Shown piece by piece: positions 36,801 through 51,000 of a stretch of 64,000 nucleotides of DNA. Position 1 is the stretch's first letter. Every line of letters starts with the position of its first letter. The DNA comes from Octopus vulgaris. Taxonomy: Eukaryota. The translations under genes were made by a program, and so were the position numbers. The DNA is taken from the NCBI GenBank assembly GCA_951406725.2, contig OX597832.1, forward strand, positions 6,944,001-7,008,000, written 5' to 3'. The notes under the pieces are model-generated. The model saw only the letters and a program-made list of their open reading frames with translations. It was not told where the DNA came from and ran no database searches.

Positions 36801-39800
36801 ATTGCACAGATGTCATGCAGATCACTACTAATACAACAGTCACAGGCTATCTCCTCTTTATAAGTTAAAATATAAAAAAACTTGACAAATATGTTTAAAA
36901 TGAGGTAAGTTTAAATAAATATACAAGGAAGAAACAGAATAGAGAACAAGATGGATAAGTAAAGAAAGAGGGACTCACCAAGTCATCAACCATCATCTCT
37001 TCAATATCAGAATCATTTTCTTCGTCGTCATCATCATCAAAATTTTGCAGTCGAGGCAGAGGTAGAGTAGGGACAAGGTTTTGCATTAGCATTAAATATT
37101 GAAATGTTTGCTGTGGAGTCAATGTCTCTGAAATAAGGGAAATTGGTTAAATATTTACAACAAAAATCCAAATATTAAACATTTAATCCAAAATATCAAT
37201 ATGCATGAAATAGTTGTGAACAACAAAATGTTATTTTTCCACTTACCTACATATTTTTCCCCAAGAACCAACACTGCATACAATAACCAATGGTTAGCAT
37301 CTGAAAATTTCTTTGAACTATCTTCATTAGTACTCTTCTTCGCAGAAAATAACTGGGTTTCATTTTTCTCACCAATCTTATTGATTAGAGCTTGGATCAG
37401 TTCCACAAAAGGAAATGGATATTTACCATATGCCATAGCAGGTAAAAGAAACAGTTCAACTTGCTGAGAATGAGGTGGACAGAATAGTTCACGACACACT
37501 TCAGTCAGTACACTGGTGCTGTAAATATATATTTATATATAAAGGATGATCTTTTAAAAAATATTCACTTAATATGGTAATTTTAAATAAGGATAGTGTA
37601 AATCTTCAGCAAAGAACTAATAAATATATTTGAAAATTGTGTTTTCGAAGTGTCAAATCATTCAAATTTACTATAAATGTATTATATCTTGGCTTTCCTC
37701 TTGCCAAATTCGAGACAGAGAGCCAAAATTGTTCAGATGCAGAATCTTAGCTTATCTATAATTGAGAACAAAATAAGTGTCTAATATGAATAGAGATCTA
37801 TATCCAAGGATATCACACAATTCTCATGGCAAGATACAACTCTTACATTTTAAGGGCTCAGAAACAGTCCCTTTATTAAATGATATTTTGTATTATGCGA
37901 AAATGTTCACAGTATTAGAATATAATATGACATTAGCAAAAAGCAGTACACATCAAAACAAATTGGAAAACAAGTTTTGAGACTAGATTTTCTCTATGTT
38001 ATCTAATCACCATTACAAGACAGTTCTAAGGTGACAGATTTTTGCACATTATCACTACCTTCTGCTTATATTTTGAATCACTTTGGAGCAAAGAAATACA
38101 ACTATTAACTTTCTTGATAAGCCTTGATATGCTCCATTATAGTGATCAGCTTTCTTGAATAGCACACTGCCATCAAATATGGACATCTTCCAAAATAAAA
38201 ATATCTGATTCATAAATCTGCCTTTATTACATTATCATTCTGTGTCCTCTTCCCTGTTATTTTTATTTATACTATAATAAACATTATAGAAGTTTTGTTA
38301 GTTGAATCTAATTCCCATCTGAATCAGGTTCTCCTCCCTCTTCACTTTCTACTGCATTGCTTTGCTTTTTCTAATGCCTATAATTGACAAATATTACATG
38401 CAATCCAAAGACCACTTCCAAAACTACTTTCCTATAGAACCTGCATCAATGATAAGTGTTCCTATATTACTAAAAGCTCTTCAAATGCCATTCTTATTTA
38501 GTTCCTCATTCCTTCTAATTGAAAATAACCCCATTGGTTATGCTCTTTGTTCTTGAATACATTAATGGAAATAAAAAAAAAATGTATACCCAACTGACAG
38601 GAAAATGGTACAATTAGGCTGAGCTTGTCTAGTTTTCTTAGAATGATGACTTGAAGACACTTGTGTTCAAACTAAAGTTTTAGTCTTTTGGTCTTTACAA
38701 AATGATGCACTATAATATGAGGTTAATGGTGGACAAGTGACTACATGATCATAAGTTCAACTATTATTAAAAGCATTATGTGTTGTACCTCTGCTTGCTT
38801 CATTTTTCCAGACTAACAAAACAGACACCATGTTTACTTCAAGTTGAGTAGTTAGTATTTAAAACATCCAGCAGTGAAAATAAAAACTGCTTCACATAAA
38901 AAAAAGAAGAAAAACTATCTCACCAATTCTAGCAGATATGATTCAAAAACAAGCAAAAAATGCAAATGAAAAATACAGAGGAGGAAGAGGAAGAGTCATC
39001 ATCATTTAGCATCTGTTTTCTATGCTAAGATGGGTTAGATAGTTTGACTGGAACTAGGAAGCTGGAGAACTGTACCAGGCTCCAGTCTTATTTGGTTTGG
39101 TTTCTATGGCTGGATGCCATTCCTAATGCCAACCACCACACAGAGTGTAGTGGGTGCCTTTTATGTGTTACCGGTACAGGTGCCTTCTACATAGCACTGG
39201 CACAAGTGCCTTTTACAGGTCACTGGCAAAGGTGCCTTTGATGGGTCACCAGCACTGACCATGATTATGATTTCACTTGTCTTCTCAAGCACAGCATATC
39301 CCCAAAGGTCCCAATCAGCAATCCAAGATCATGCTTCACCACCTCGTTCCATGTTTTCCTCGGTCTACCTCTTCCACAAGTTCCCACCACAGTTAGAGAT
39401 TGGCACTTCTTTACGCAGCTGTCCTTCTCCATACTGATGTTAGCTATTAAATATGTACTCCAAAAGAGAGATTAAGTTGAAATGAAAGAAAATCTATATA
39501 ATTTTAGTTGCCACTTGGATATAAGTAGTTGTTTTTCATTAGGTACTAAGGAATGAATACAAAGACAATAAAAAAAAAATTATGAAAGAACATACCAAAA
39601 ACCCTTGTCTCCAGATGCCACAGCAATATTCACAGGTTTCATAATAAGATCAAATATGGATTCAGCAATAGGTATGGGTGGATGGTGACACCTTTCTATG
39701 CGGGACGGTACTTTAATATTCAGCAAAATACGCAGACTTTTAAAATACCCTGAAGGAGAATGAGAAGTGTATTATTAAATCAAAAGATCAATGAAGTACA

Positions 39801-42800
39801 CTGAGCTTTTGCAATTCAAATGTTTCTATATTGAGAAGAACTTATATTTAATATTAGAAATTTCAGTTCCCTTTTTACACACAGACAAACTTGGACACTT
39901 AGACATTTCCCAGTAAAAATTTCACCACAGTAAACACAAATATTTATTAGTGTCAATGAATGTCTTCTGAAATTCAATTCTAACCCTTTTGTTACTGTAT
40001 TTATTTTGAGATGCTTTGTGTTTCTTTCAATTTCTTTAAATATAACAAAGAAATTAGTAAAATAACATAGTTATCATTAAGCTAGAGTTAGGAACATAAA
40101 TTGTGACTAAGGTTTGGTGGAAGATTTTAATTCAAAATTTATGAAACAAGACATTTGTACTTAGAGCCAGAGCTGGTTTCAGCCGAGTGGGTAACGAAAG
40201 AGTTAAATCAATATCAAAAACTAAATAATGAATAAATGAGGTGAATAGTAAGTCATAAGTTATGTATTAAAGTTACTAATAAAAAGAAAGCATTGAGCCA
40301 TCCCATAAATAATGTGGTTTTTTTCAACTGCGTGAACTAAAGTCAGAGGTGAGGGGGGATAAACTACTTGCATCAACTTGCTATAAAAGCAGGTAGTAAT
40401 TTTACCTTATCCTTATTCTTAGTGCAAGTTTTGAAGGGTGCAGTTCGATTTTAACAATTATTCTTTCAAAACTATAATGAAAGTGACAAAGGAGCATATA
40501 TGGCATATTTTGTTTTATGAGTTCACTAAAGGCAACAATGCAACGAAAGGTGCAAGGAATATTAATGCAGAATATGTGGATTGAACAATAAGCATAAGCC
40601 AGTGTCAACGGTGGTTCCAGAAATTCTGAGCCATAATCTACAGCCTTGAAGACAAGCCTTGTCTTGGAAGATCTGTAGAGCTCAAAGAGGATGTCCTGCA
40701 AACCCTCATGGAACAAAATCCCATCGTAACTGTTGAGGAACTAGCAGAGAGGCTTGGATGTGGTCATTCAAGCATTCATCGACACCTGCATGCTACTGGA
40801 AAAAAATCAATAAATAGGGTCACAAACCTTCTATTCTATTCATGTGCAAAGTGACTGTGTGCTCTTTTCTGCTGTCACATCTCACGAATTAATATTTTTG
40901 GGACCGAACAGTGACTAGTGACGAGAAATGGGTTCTCTATAAAAATGTCAAGTGCCAAAGACAGAAAGTAGAGAAAGGAGAAATACTGGCATCCCAGACT
41001 AAAGGTCTTCACCCATGTAAAGTGTTGTTATCTGTTTGGTGAGATATGAAAGGTTTAGTCCACTTTGAACTTTAAACCCGAACCAAATGATAACAAAGGA
41101 GATCTACTGCCAGCAACTTAAGTCAGCGCTAGAAGAATGACCATCTTTGATTTCAAGACGAAAGGTGTTCTTCCATCAGGATAATGCTCGGCCACATACA
41201 GCAAGGATGAGATTCCAAACGCTGGAGTAGTTTGAATAGGAAGTGATGCCTCACCCACCATATTCGCCAGACATTGCCTCATCTGATTATCATTTATTCT
41301 GCAGTCTTCAAAATCATTTGGATGGAAAAAATATGAATTCTGTAGACGAGGTCAGAACAGTATTGGAGGAGTATTTTCCATCATGGACAAGTGAATTTTG
41401 GAAGAGGAGCCTTGCAAGTCTACCAGATAGATGGAAGAACATTGTAGAAAATGAAGGAGAGTATATTTTAGATTAAAAAAGAACTTTGTTTATCTTAATT
41501 TTGAAAAATAAAAGAAGTATAAAAAAAACTGCATTATTTATGGTATGATCCAGAAGAAAAGACAAAAACAATTTAAGAAAAAATTGCATTTCTATATGGA
41601 ATGGAAACAAAACTCCTACATTTTATTGCCTTTACATTCATAATTTCCCGATATGAATAGCAATTGATTATTTTATTTTCTGTCAAGGTGGTCAAATAGT
41701 GAAGGTATTTGACCATGAGCTCATGATTCTTGATTTCAAATCAATCGTATATTTCTTTCAGAAAAATAATTACTCTATGTTGCTTCAGTTTGCTACCTTC
41801 AACAAAAGGTATCAGATTTCTGGGAATGTTTTTATAGAGAAAAGCTGACATCCTGTTATAACATACAGATTTATCCCCCCTCCCTAATCATTCTAGTACT
41901 AATACTAGTTTATAAGTAGAAAAAAATTCCACTTTATGCAATATGTTTTAAAATTAAACAAACCTTTGTTACATAAAAATTCAAATATATTTTGAACAAC
42001 TGGTGGCCATATTTTGCCTTTTGGCACAGATAGATGGCCATAAGTCTCTGTAGCAGTGAATATCTCCAGCATTCGCATTGGTAGTGCAAGAGACTGAGAT
42101 GAGGTTAGTTTCTCAAGATAACTGAAAAAAAAAATAATAATACCAGTAGTAGTAGTTATAACAACAACAACAACAATAATAATCCTTCTACAGGTATAAG
42201 GGCTGAAATTTTGGGGAAAGGGGCCAGTTGATTATATTGACCCCAGTGTTCAACAGCTACTTATTTTATTGATCCCAAAAGGATGAAAGGCAAAGAAGAC
42301 CTCAGCAGAATTTGAAAGTAGAATGTAAAGACAGACAAAATGATGTCGCAAAGCTTTTTGTCCAACATGCTAACAGTTCTGCCTATTTGCCACCTTAATA
42401 ATGATAGTACATACTACTTTTACTACTACTACTAATAATAATAATTCTTTCTACTCTAGGTACAAGACTAGCAATTTTGGGAGGAGAATCAGGGTGCAAA
42501 TCAATTATATGGGCTCTAGAGCCTGACACGTACTTTATTTTGATGAATTTCATCATCATCATCATTTAACGTCCGCTTTCCATGCTAGCATGGGTTGGAC
42601 GGTTCAACTGGGGGTCTGGGAAGCCCAAAGGCTACACCAGGCCAGTCAGATCTGGCAGTGTTTCTACAGTTTGATGCCTTTCCTAATGCCAACCACTCCG
42701 TGAGTGTAGATTTGAAAGGGTAAAAGTTCACCTTGGTGGAATTTGAGCTCAGAATGCAATGAGTCAAAACAAATATTGCAAGGCAGTGTGTCTGATACTT

Positions 42801-45005
42801 TAACAAATCTGCTAGCTTCCCACCTTAATAATGGTGGTGATGATGTTAATAATAAGGACAACAACAACAATAATAATCCTTTCTACTAAAGGCACAAGGT
42901 CTGAAATTTTGGGGAGGGGAGAAGTAAATTAATTTGATCCCAGTGTTTCACTGGTACTTAATTTATTTGATCCCAAAAGGATGATTAGAAGTGTTATCAT
43001 GTACATGTTTTGCCTTGGTCTAAAAGACTGGCTACAGCAAATATTCTGCTCAATACCACAGATTTGCTTGACCTTAAGTAACTGAGCATGTCCCTTAGTG
43101 GCTGACAATATGTGCATCTCTGATCATTAGCAGTAGTGGGGGAGCATCACAGCCATGTGTTGAGAGGAATTCATTGGGGTTTGAATAATTTGTCCCTAGA
43201 AACATGAGAGTTTCGTTCATCATCCTTAAACAAACCTTATTCAGGGACCTTTTGAGCAGGATGGGCTACTCAACCTGAAGAAAATTCTAACTGGGCCCCA
43301 CCAGCACTCTTTATCGTGATCTGAGGCCACCATGCTGTGCACACATGGTTATAATACATATGCCTGTGTACCCTTATCAAACAGGTTGTTTATTTGTATC
43401 TCAGTGTCACTTTGATGGCCTGCATTGTTCTCTCACTCTATAATAATAACAATAATAATAATTGCTGCTGATAAAATTGCTAAAAATTTGAACAACTTCA
43501 AAGGCAATATAACATAGAAACAAAGGAAATTTAAAATCACTGTTAAACATGAGCCAACTATTGCAAATACATCTCAAAAATATTCCTGTGAAAAATAAGT
43601 TCACTGTAGCTTATTATTATAGTCACACTCTAACCTTTCATAATTGGACAAAAGATCCCCTACTCCAATGCCCCCTCCCCTCTCAAAATTTCTTGTATGC
43701 AAGTTACTTGGTGACCATGCCAGTGATGGTGCCATGTAAAAAACATCCAGTCCACACTGTAAAGTGGTTGGCATTTGGAAGGCCATCCAGCTATAAAATC
43801 CACACCAAAACTGACATTGCCAGTGCTGGTACCACATAAAAAGCACTTGTTCCACTCTGCGGAGTGGCTGGTATTTGGAAGGGTATCCAGCCATAAAAAC
43901 AGACACAGTAGCCTGAGGTAGTCTTCTACCTGGCTGGCTCCTGTCAAACCATCCTACCCATGACAGCATGGAAGGCAGATGTTAAATGATAATGATGATA
44001 TAGCAGCTCGACACTGAAAGCCTCATAATTAACAGTCAAAATAGGGGAACGAGGGATATGGTTACCATATCACCATTGCCATTCATTTAATGTTTTTGGC
44101 TAACTTCTATTTGTTGGACAGTAAGATTTGTTGTAGATATTCATTTTAGGATTATTCAAACAAAAAATTTAGACTGTTTAGAGCTCCTAATCAGACTACT
44201 GCATGAGTTATATAATCAAAGAGAGCTGTCTCTTCCTTAACTCACCAATTCACTGATTTTATGATAAAGTGAGGAAGAGGACGATAACACCCAGAGACAT
44301 TTTTACTTTCTACCTTTCTAGACTAGAGGATAGTGAAGCAGAAATAACTAGATGCACTTAGAGATAAAGTACTGAGGAAGAAGTATTGAGCAATATACTT
44401 AGTCCAGGGTTGTAGTTGATGAAGGAAGATGCATTGGATGGTTTCAAATAGTGGATTGAATAATAAGTAAGATCAGTCAACAGAGGTTGTTGTAATAAGC
44501 AAGCATTTGCAATGTCAGCAGTGAGCCATGAGCACTTAAAATTTAGATACAAAGGTAATTGTGTTGTCCTATTGAAGTGTTATCCTTGTAAAAATAGACA
44601 TATATATATATATATATATAAATATATGTGTGACATGTAAAAGCACCCAATACACTCTGTAAAGTGGTTGGTGCTAGGAAGGGCATCGAGCCATAGAAAC
44701 CATGTCAAATCAGACTGGAGTCTGGTGCAGCTCCCCAGCTTGCCAGCACTGGTCAAACCATCCAACTTATGCCAGCATGGACAACAGACGCTAAATGATG
44801 ATGATGATGATATACACAAACATGACAGTCTTCTTTCAGTTTCTGTCAACCAAATTCACTCACAAGGCTTTGATCGATCCAGGATTATAATAGAAGACAC
44901 TTGCCCAAGGTACAATGCAGTGGGACTGAACCGAAAACCATGTGGATAGAAAGCAAATTTCTTAACCAAACTATCATGCCTGAGTTCACACACACACAAA
45001 GACAT

Positions 45006-45045
<40 letters not shown>

Positions 45046-48000
45046 ACTGAACAGATCAACAAATAAACAAACTAATTTATTAGTAAAAGTGGATTAGTAC
45101 TTACAGTAAACAAAGTTGTAAGACAAGTTTCATCTGATGGACCATCTTTTCAAAGTTTTCAGCCATGTGATTCACAACATTATCTTTCTGAGTGAGCATT
45201 TGTTGGCACACCCAAAGCTACAATTACATAAAAGCCGAGATGTGCAACACAACCAAGCAAATTTAATAAGACTATTTCTTTCCTTCAATGAATGATACAA
45301 AGGCACTATTATAGCTGCTTAAAAGTCACTGATAATAGTGATTACAAAAAAAAAAAAAAAAAAAAAATCAATAATAGTGATTAAAAAAGAAATTTTGAAA
45401 AATAGTTATGATATCTACACTCTCACATAATGAACTCATTTAAAGATAGAAACTTAAGTAAAATCAAAAGCAGAAATATACAAATATAAGAAGATCTGAG
45501 TTGCTGAGAATGAATAAATATATTTATTAGTCTTAACCCTTTAGCGTTCACATTATTCTGTCAGAAATAATGCTTATTTATTTTCATTGGTTTGCATTAA
45601 TCATGTATTATGTTGTAGCTTTGAGATTTTGAAGAGGTAACTGTTAATTTTTAGAATGATATTGTAGGGTTGGTGTGAGAGGCCAGATCTGGCCAGTTTG
45701 ATAATAAAACAAGTAGAATATTTTGGCTGGATATGGCTGGTTTAAATGCTAAAGGGTTAAGTAGTAGTTTCCAAGAAATTCATTAACAAAGGCTTCTTTT
45801 ATTTACTCTTTACTCTTTTACTTGTTTCAGTCATTTGACTGCGGCCATGCTGGAGCACCGCCTTTAGTCGAGCAAATCGACTTATTCTTTGTAAGCCCAG
45901 TACTTATTCTATCGGTCTCTTTTGCTGAACCGCTAAGTGACGGGGACGTAAGCACACCAGCATCGGTTGTCAAGCGATGCTAGGGAGACAAACACAGACA
46001 CACAAACACACACATATATATATATATATACATATATACGACAGGCTTCTTTCAGTTTCCGTCTACCAATTCCACTCACAAGGCTTTGGTCGGCCTGAGG
46101 CTATAGTAGAAGACATTTGCCCAAGGTGCCAGGCAGTGGGACTGAACCCGGAACCATGTGGTTGGTAAACAAGCTACTTACCACACAGCCACTCCTACGC
46201 CTGAATTTTTTCATGAACAAGCTTTTGATAGGTCTCTCTACTCAATAAGTTGATTTTACTAAGTAACAACAACTTGTCTTCCCAGTTTCATCTCTTAATT
46301 GAAAGTTATATCCTTTATTCTTTAACGTCCGCTTTCCATGCTAGCATGGGTTGGACGATTTGACTGAGGACTGGAGAACCAGATGGCTGCGCCAGGCTCC
46401 AATCTGATCTGGTAGAGTTTCTACAGCTGGATGCCCTTCCTAATGCCAACCACTCCGAGAGTGTAGTGGGTGCTTTTACGTGTCACCTGCACGAGGGCCA
46501 GTGTGGTGGTACTGGCTACGGCCACGCTCAAAATGGTGTTTTTATTGCATAATTAAATGTAACTGAGTAATTATACATTTTATTCAGCTACCTTAAAAAA
46601 TTTTGAACATAGCTAACAGCTCTTCAGTACGATTGTAGACATCTCAGCACAACATGAGTCTAGACCCCAAATTTAAAACCACTGAGATACATAACTTACT
46701 TCACTTGAACTACATGAAGAAATTTAACCCCTATTGTTTCAGAGTTCAGTAATAAAGTGAAGGTCATCAAACAATAAAACACTTGTATAAAAAGATCCAA
46801 TTCAAAGTAGGTTAAGACCAACATTCACTTTATGTTAGAAAATACTATCAAGTTTATGCTTCAATGGAACGGGAAGACACAGTTGGTTGAGTTATCAGAG
46901 ACCTATTAATGTAAGTTAGCAATGTTTCGTTAATGAGTCCTTAGCAAAGACATGTCTATAGTCAACATCATTTAACTGTAAACATGGGTATCATATCACT
47001 TGTAAGCAGTACAGGCACTTAGCTTAACAATGGGCGAGTGGAAAGAGTTGTTATCCAATGATCTGATGGTAGTCTCTCAAAGTCTGAGAAAGACAGTACT
47101 GCAATTTCTTGCTGAACGACCTGCACAAATGGATTGTTCAAAGCGATCAAATGTATGTGGAGCACATTAGCTAACCATCTCCATCAAATTGACATTACCT
47201 GAATAGGTGTGTGGTGTTCCATACATCAGGTGTCAAAGTAATCACAGAGCAACATGAGATGAAGTGTTTTGTTCAAGAACACAATGCACCGCCAGGTTCA
47301 GGAACCACAATCTTGTGATTGTGGGTGCAAAACACTAACAACTATGCCATGCACCCTCTATTATACAATGCATAACAACAAAACAGAATTCCCACATGGA
47401 TTCTCAGTTTGAAAATGACAGTTTGGAAATGACAGAAATATATTTTTAAAATTTCTTTGAAATTATAACTGTGGGAAAGAAAAACTAATGAAATGACCAA
47501 AATAAAATTGCAAGTTACTCACAAGTCGAGATTGATCCAAGCTACCATCATAAAAGAAAAGAAGCTGACAACATAGATCAGTAACAGTTTCTATATTAAC
47601 CAATGATTGCTTGGGAAATGTAGATAATTTTGAATCAAACAATTCTCGCAGACGCATTGCCTGAAATAAGGAATTAAACCAATTATTAAAAACTATTTCA
47701 AGAAAATGGTACAGCAGCAATGAAGCTGGCTGAAAGACAATTAAAATAAGGAAAAAATGAATAATGATAAAAATAAAGTAGAAAAACAAAGCTGAAGCAA
47801 TAGCAGTTTACAATTAGCTTTTTTTTTTTTTTCTGCAGTAAAGGGAACAGAAACCAGAAATGTAAATTTACTGAATATCTTGTTAGATATCTAATATACA
47901 CAAACACCCTGACTTTGATCACTATAAAACTACTATAAAATCTAGCATATTAGAATAGTGTTTTAATTTTTAAATAGTCACTTATCTGCTGACAAAGCAG

Positions 48001-51000
48001 CTAAATTTTCCTCAACAAATTTAAGACAAAAGTTGTGGACAGTTTAAATCAGTGTTTCTCAACCGTTTTTTACCCTCTTGATGCTTGCTTCACCTGGATG
48101 GACCCTCCTAGCCATTTGAGGTTTAAAAAATCCAGTTATATTTTTATAATTAACATTTAAACCACTGGTTTAAATGCTGGATGGAACTGAATCCTATTGT
48201 GAAATCCCATATATAATGACCATGTGCCGTTTGAGGTGAACCAGTTAAAGTTTACTATATTAATGAACAGGTTGGAAAAGTATTCTCTTGACATGTATGA
48301 ATTAAGTTTTGATACAATGTTACACACAGTAAACACAAAATTTCAAGTAACATGTAAATTGAAAAAGAGAATATATAAAAGACATTATAACTAAGTATCT
48401 TAATTTGGTGAACTGGTAGAATAATTAGCGTGTAGGACAAAATGCTGAGCATATTTCTTCTAGCTCTTTACATTCCAAATTCAAATTCTGCCAAGGTTGA
48501 TAAAAAAGGAAACGGTTGAGTACAAGGGTCAATGTAATCAACTATTCTGTTCTAAAATTGCTGGCCTCATACCAAATTTTGAAACCATAATTAAGTATCT
48601 TGATTACATTCAAACATTTGGGGGAAAAAAATCAAGAAAGTCATAAACTTTTTTTTCTAACCATGATTCCTTACAATCTTTAGCTATTCAAAAGGTCAAC
48701 CTACATACAAGTTAATTTTACAGGTTATATTATACTAGTGCATTATCCAGTATTTTATGCATGGAATAAGTAATGATTTGCTTCATTAAAATGGAGTTAT
48801 ATATGCAAGAAAGAATTAAGTAAAAGAAGGTAAAACAATATTGAAATTTAAAAAAAAACATTTAATACATGAAAATATACTCTTTTACTTGTTTCAGTCA
48901 TTTGACTGCGGCCATGCTGGAGCACCGCCTTTAGTCGAGTAAATCGACCCCAGGACTTATTCTTTGTAAGCCTAGTACTTATTCTATCGGTCTCTCTTTC
49001 CAAACCGCTAAGTTACGGGGACATAAACACACCAGTATCGGTTGTCAAGCGATGTTGGGGGGACAAATACAGACACACAACCATATACACACACATACAT
49101 ATATATATATATACATACATACATACATATATATATATGTATATAAATACATATATATGACGGGCTTCTTTCAGTTTCCGTCCACCAAATCCACTCACAA
49201 GGCTTTGGTTGGCCCAAGGCTATAGTAGAAAACACTTGCCCAAGGTGCCACGCAGTGGGAATGAACCCAGAAGCATGTGGTTGGTAAGCAAGAAACTTAC
49301 CACGCAGCCACTCCTGCACCTTTTAATGTCATCTACTTTCATAGAGCACAATAACTCTTTAGCATTCAGATTATTCTGTCAAATGTGATGCTTTTTCATT
49401 CATACAGTTTTTAATTAATCTTGTAGCCTTGAAATTTTGTTGATGTGATTGTTTATTTTTATAATGACATTGAAAGGTAGGTGTGATAGGCTGAATCTGG
49501 CTGGCTAGAACAAAAAACAAGTAGCATATTTGGACCGGATGTGACCAGTTTAAATGCTAAAAAGTTAAAGAGTGAATTTAGTCTGTGAAACAGTTGAAGA
49601 ATAGACAGACAGATACATAGATTGGTAGATAGATACATTTTTCAGAAGAAGTAGCATTGAGAGAAAAGATATGAATCTCCATTCTTTCTGTTGTCCTGTC
49701 TGTCTGTCTCCCTCACTTTGTTGTTCTCCATATAATGACATATGCATATTACATATACACACGAAAATATTCTTATGAATATGATAACACTATTATCTGT
49801 CAGTCTGTCTCTCCGTATGTATGACTGTGTGAGCTCAGATAAACACAAATTTCCCAACACAACTGTTAAAGGTATTTAACCCTTTCGTTACTATATTCTG
49901 ACCATGTGTTTCAATTAATTTCTAACGTAATCATAAATTTAGTCTGGTTTCATTAAACAACTATAACTTTTTTATTTATCGATATATTAATCTGATTTTT
50001 GGAAGATAATTTAATGAAATATTCTCAACCAATTCTATACTATAATTTTTGTCACAAAGTGACTGTAATTGCAGGTAGATACAGGTAAATTCCACAAAAT
50101 ATAAAATTATTAAAATGGGTTATTAGCTAATATTCAATTGGGTATACAACAAAATTTTACGATAGAATTTGTTATTCTGGGTAACTTTCTGATACCCATA
50201 ATAATATTTATGGCAAAATAGTCTTAATTTCATTTAAGGTTGTGGGAAACCACAAAGTATTGTTTTGTTTACATTTAGCGTAACGGTTCGTTTTCGCTGT
50301 AATGATTTCAAATTGGCTCATTCGAAAAAGTAAATAGAAATAGTCTAAGGCTTTACACTTCTGGGAAAGTCTGTGGCTTGGTCCAGTTTCTTCAGAAAAA
50401 TCACCGAAAGAAACAGTTTTTAAATTTTCACTCCATTCAGGTGCCAATTCGTTTTCTTTATCGCTATCGGAGATCTCAGATTCACTGTTTTCACTTTCGG
50501 AAAATGAAACATCAGATTCATTATCAAATACCACATGCTTTTTTTTTTCAGTCATAGAGTTAGATTTATGAAGGTCTTCAGTAGAAAATCCTTCGAATTC
50601 TGACTCGCTGCTTGATATAATGAAATTCGTATCCATTTTTTGTCAGAATTACAAATTTTGAAAACACAATAGGAACAAATTTCGGAAAAAAATCTCCCAA
50701 AATTCACGGAATTAAAATTACACTTCGATTATTGTACAAAACTGTAGTTGAACTGTTTACGAAGTATAATACGTGTTTTCACGAATGTACTGAAGAGATT
50801 TGCTCTGATATTCTCATTTAAATATGAATAGGTAAATTCGGGCGGCTTTGGGCGGTTTGGTTTCATAAACCAAAATTTTTTTCGGGCGGCTTTGGGCGGT
50901 TTGGTAACGAAAGGGTTAAATATTAGATGAAATTATAATGCTAACAACAAAATATATATATATTGTTTGTTATATGGATGGAAGAGTACCAAAGGAATGG

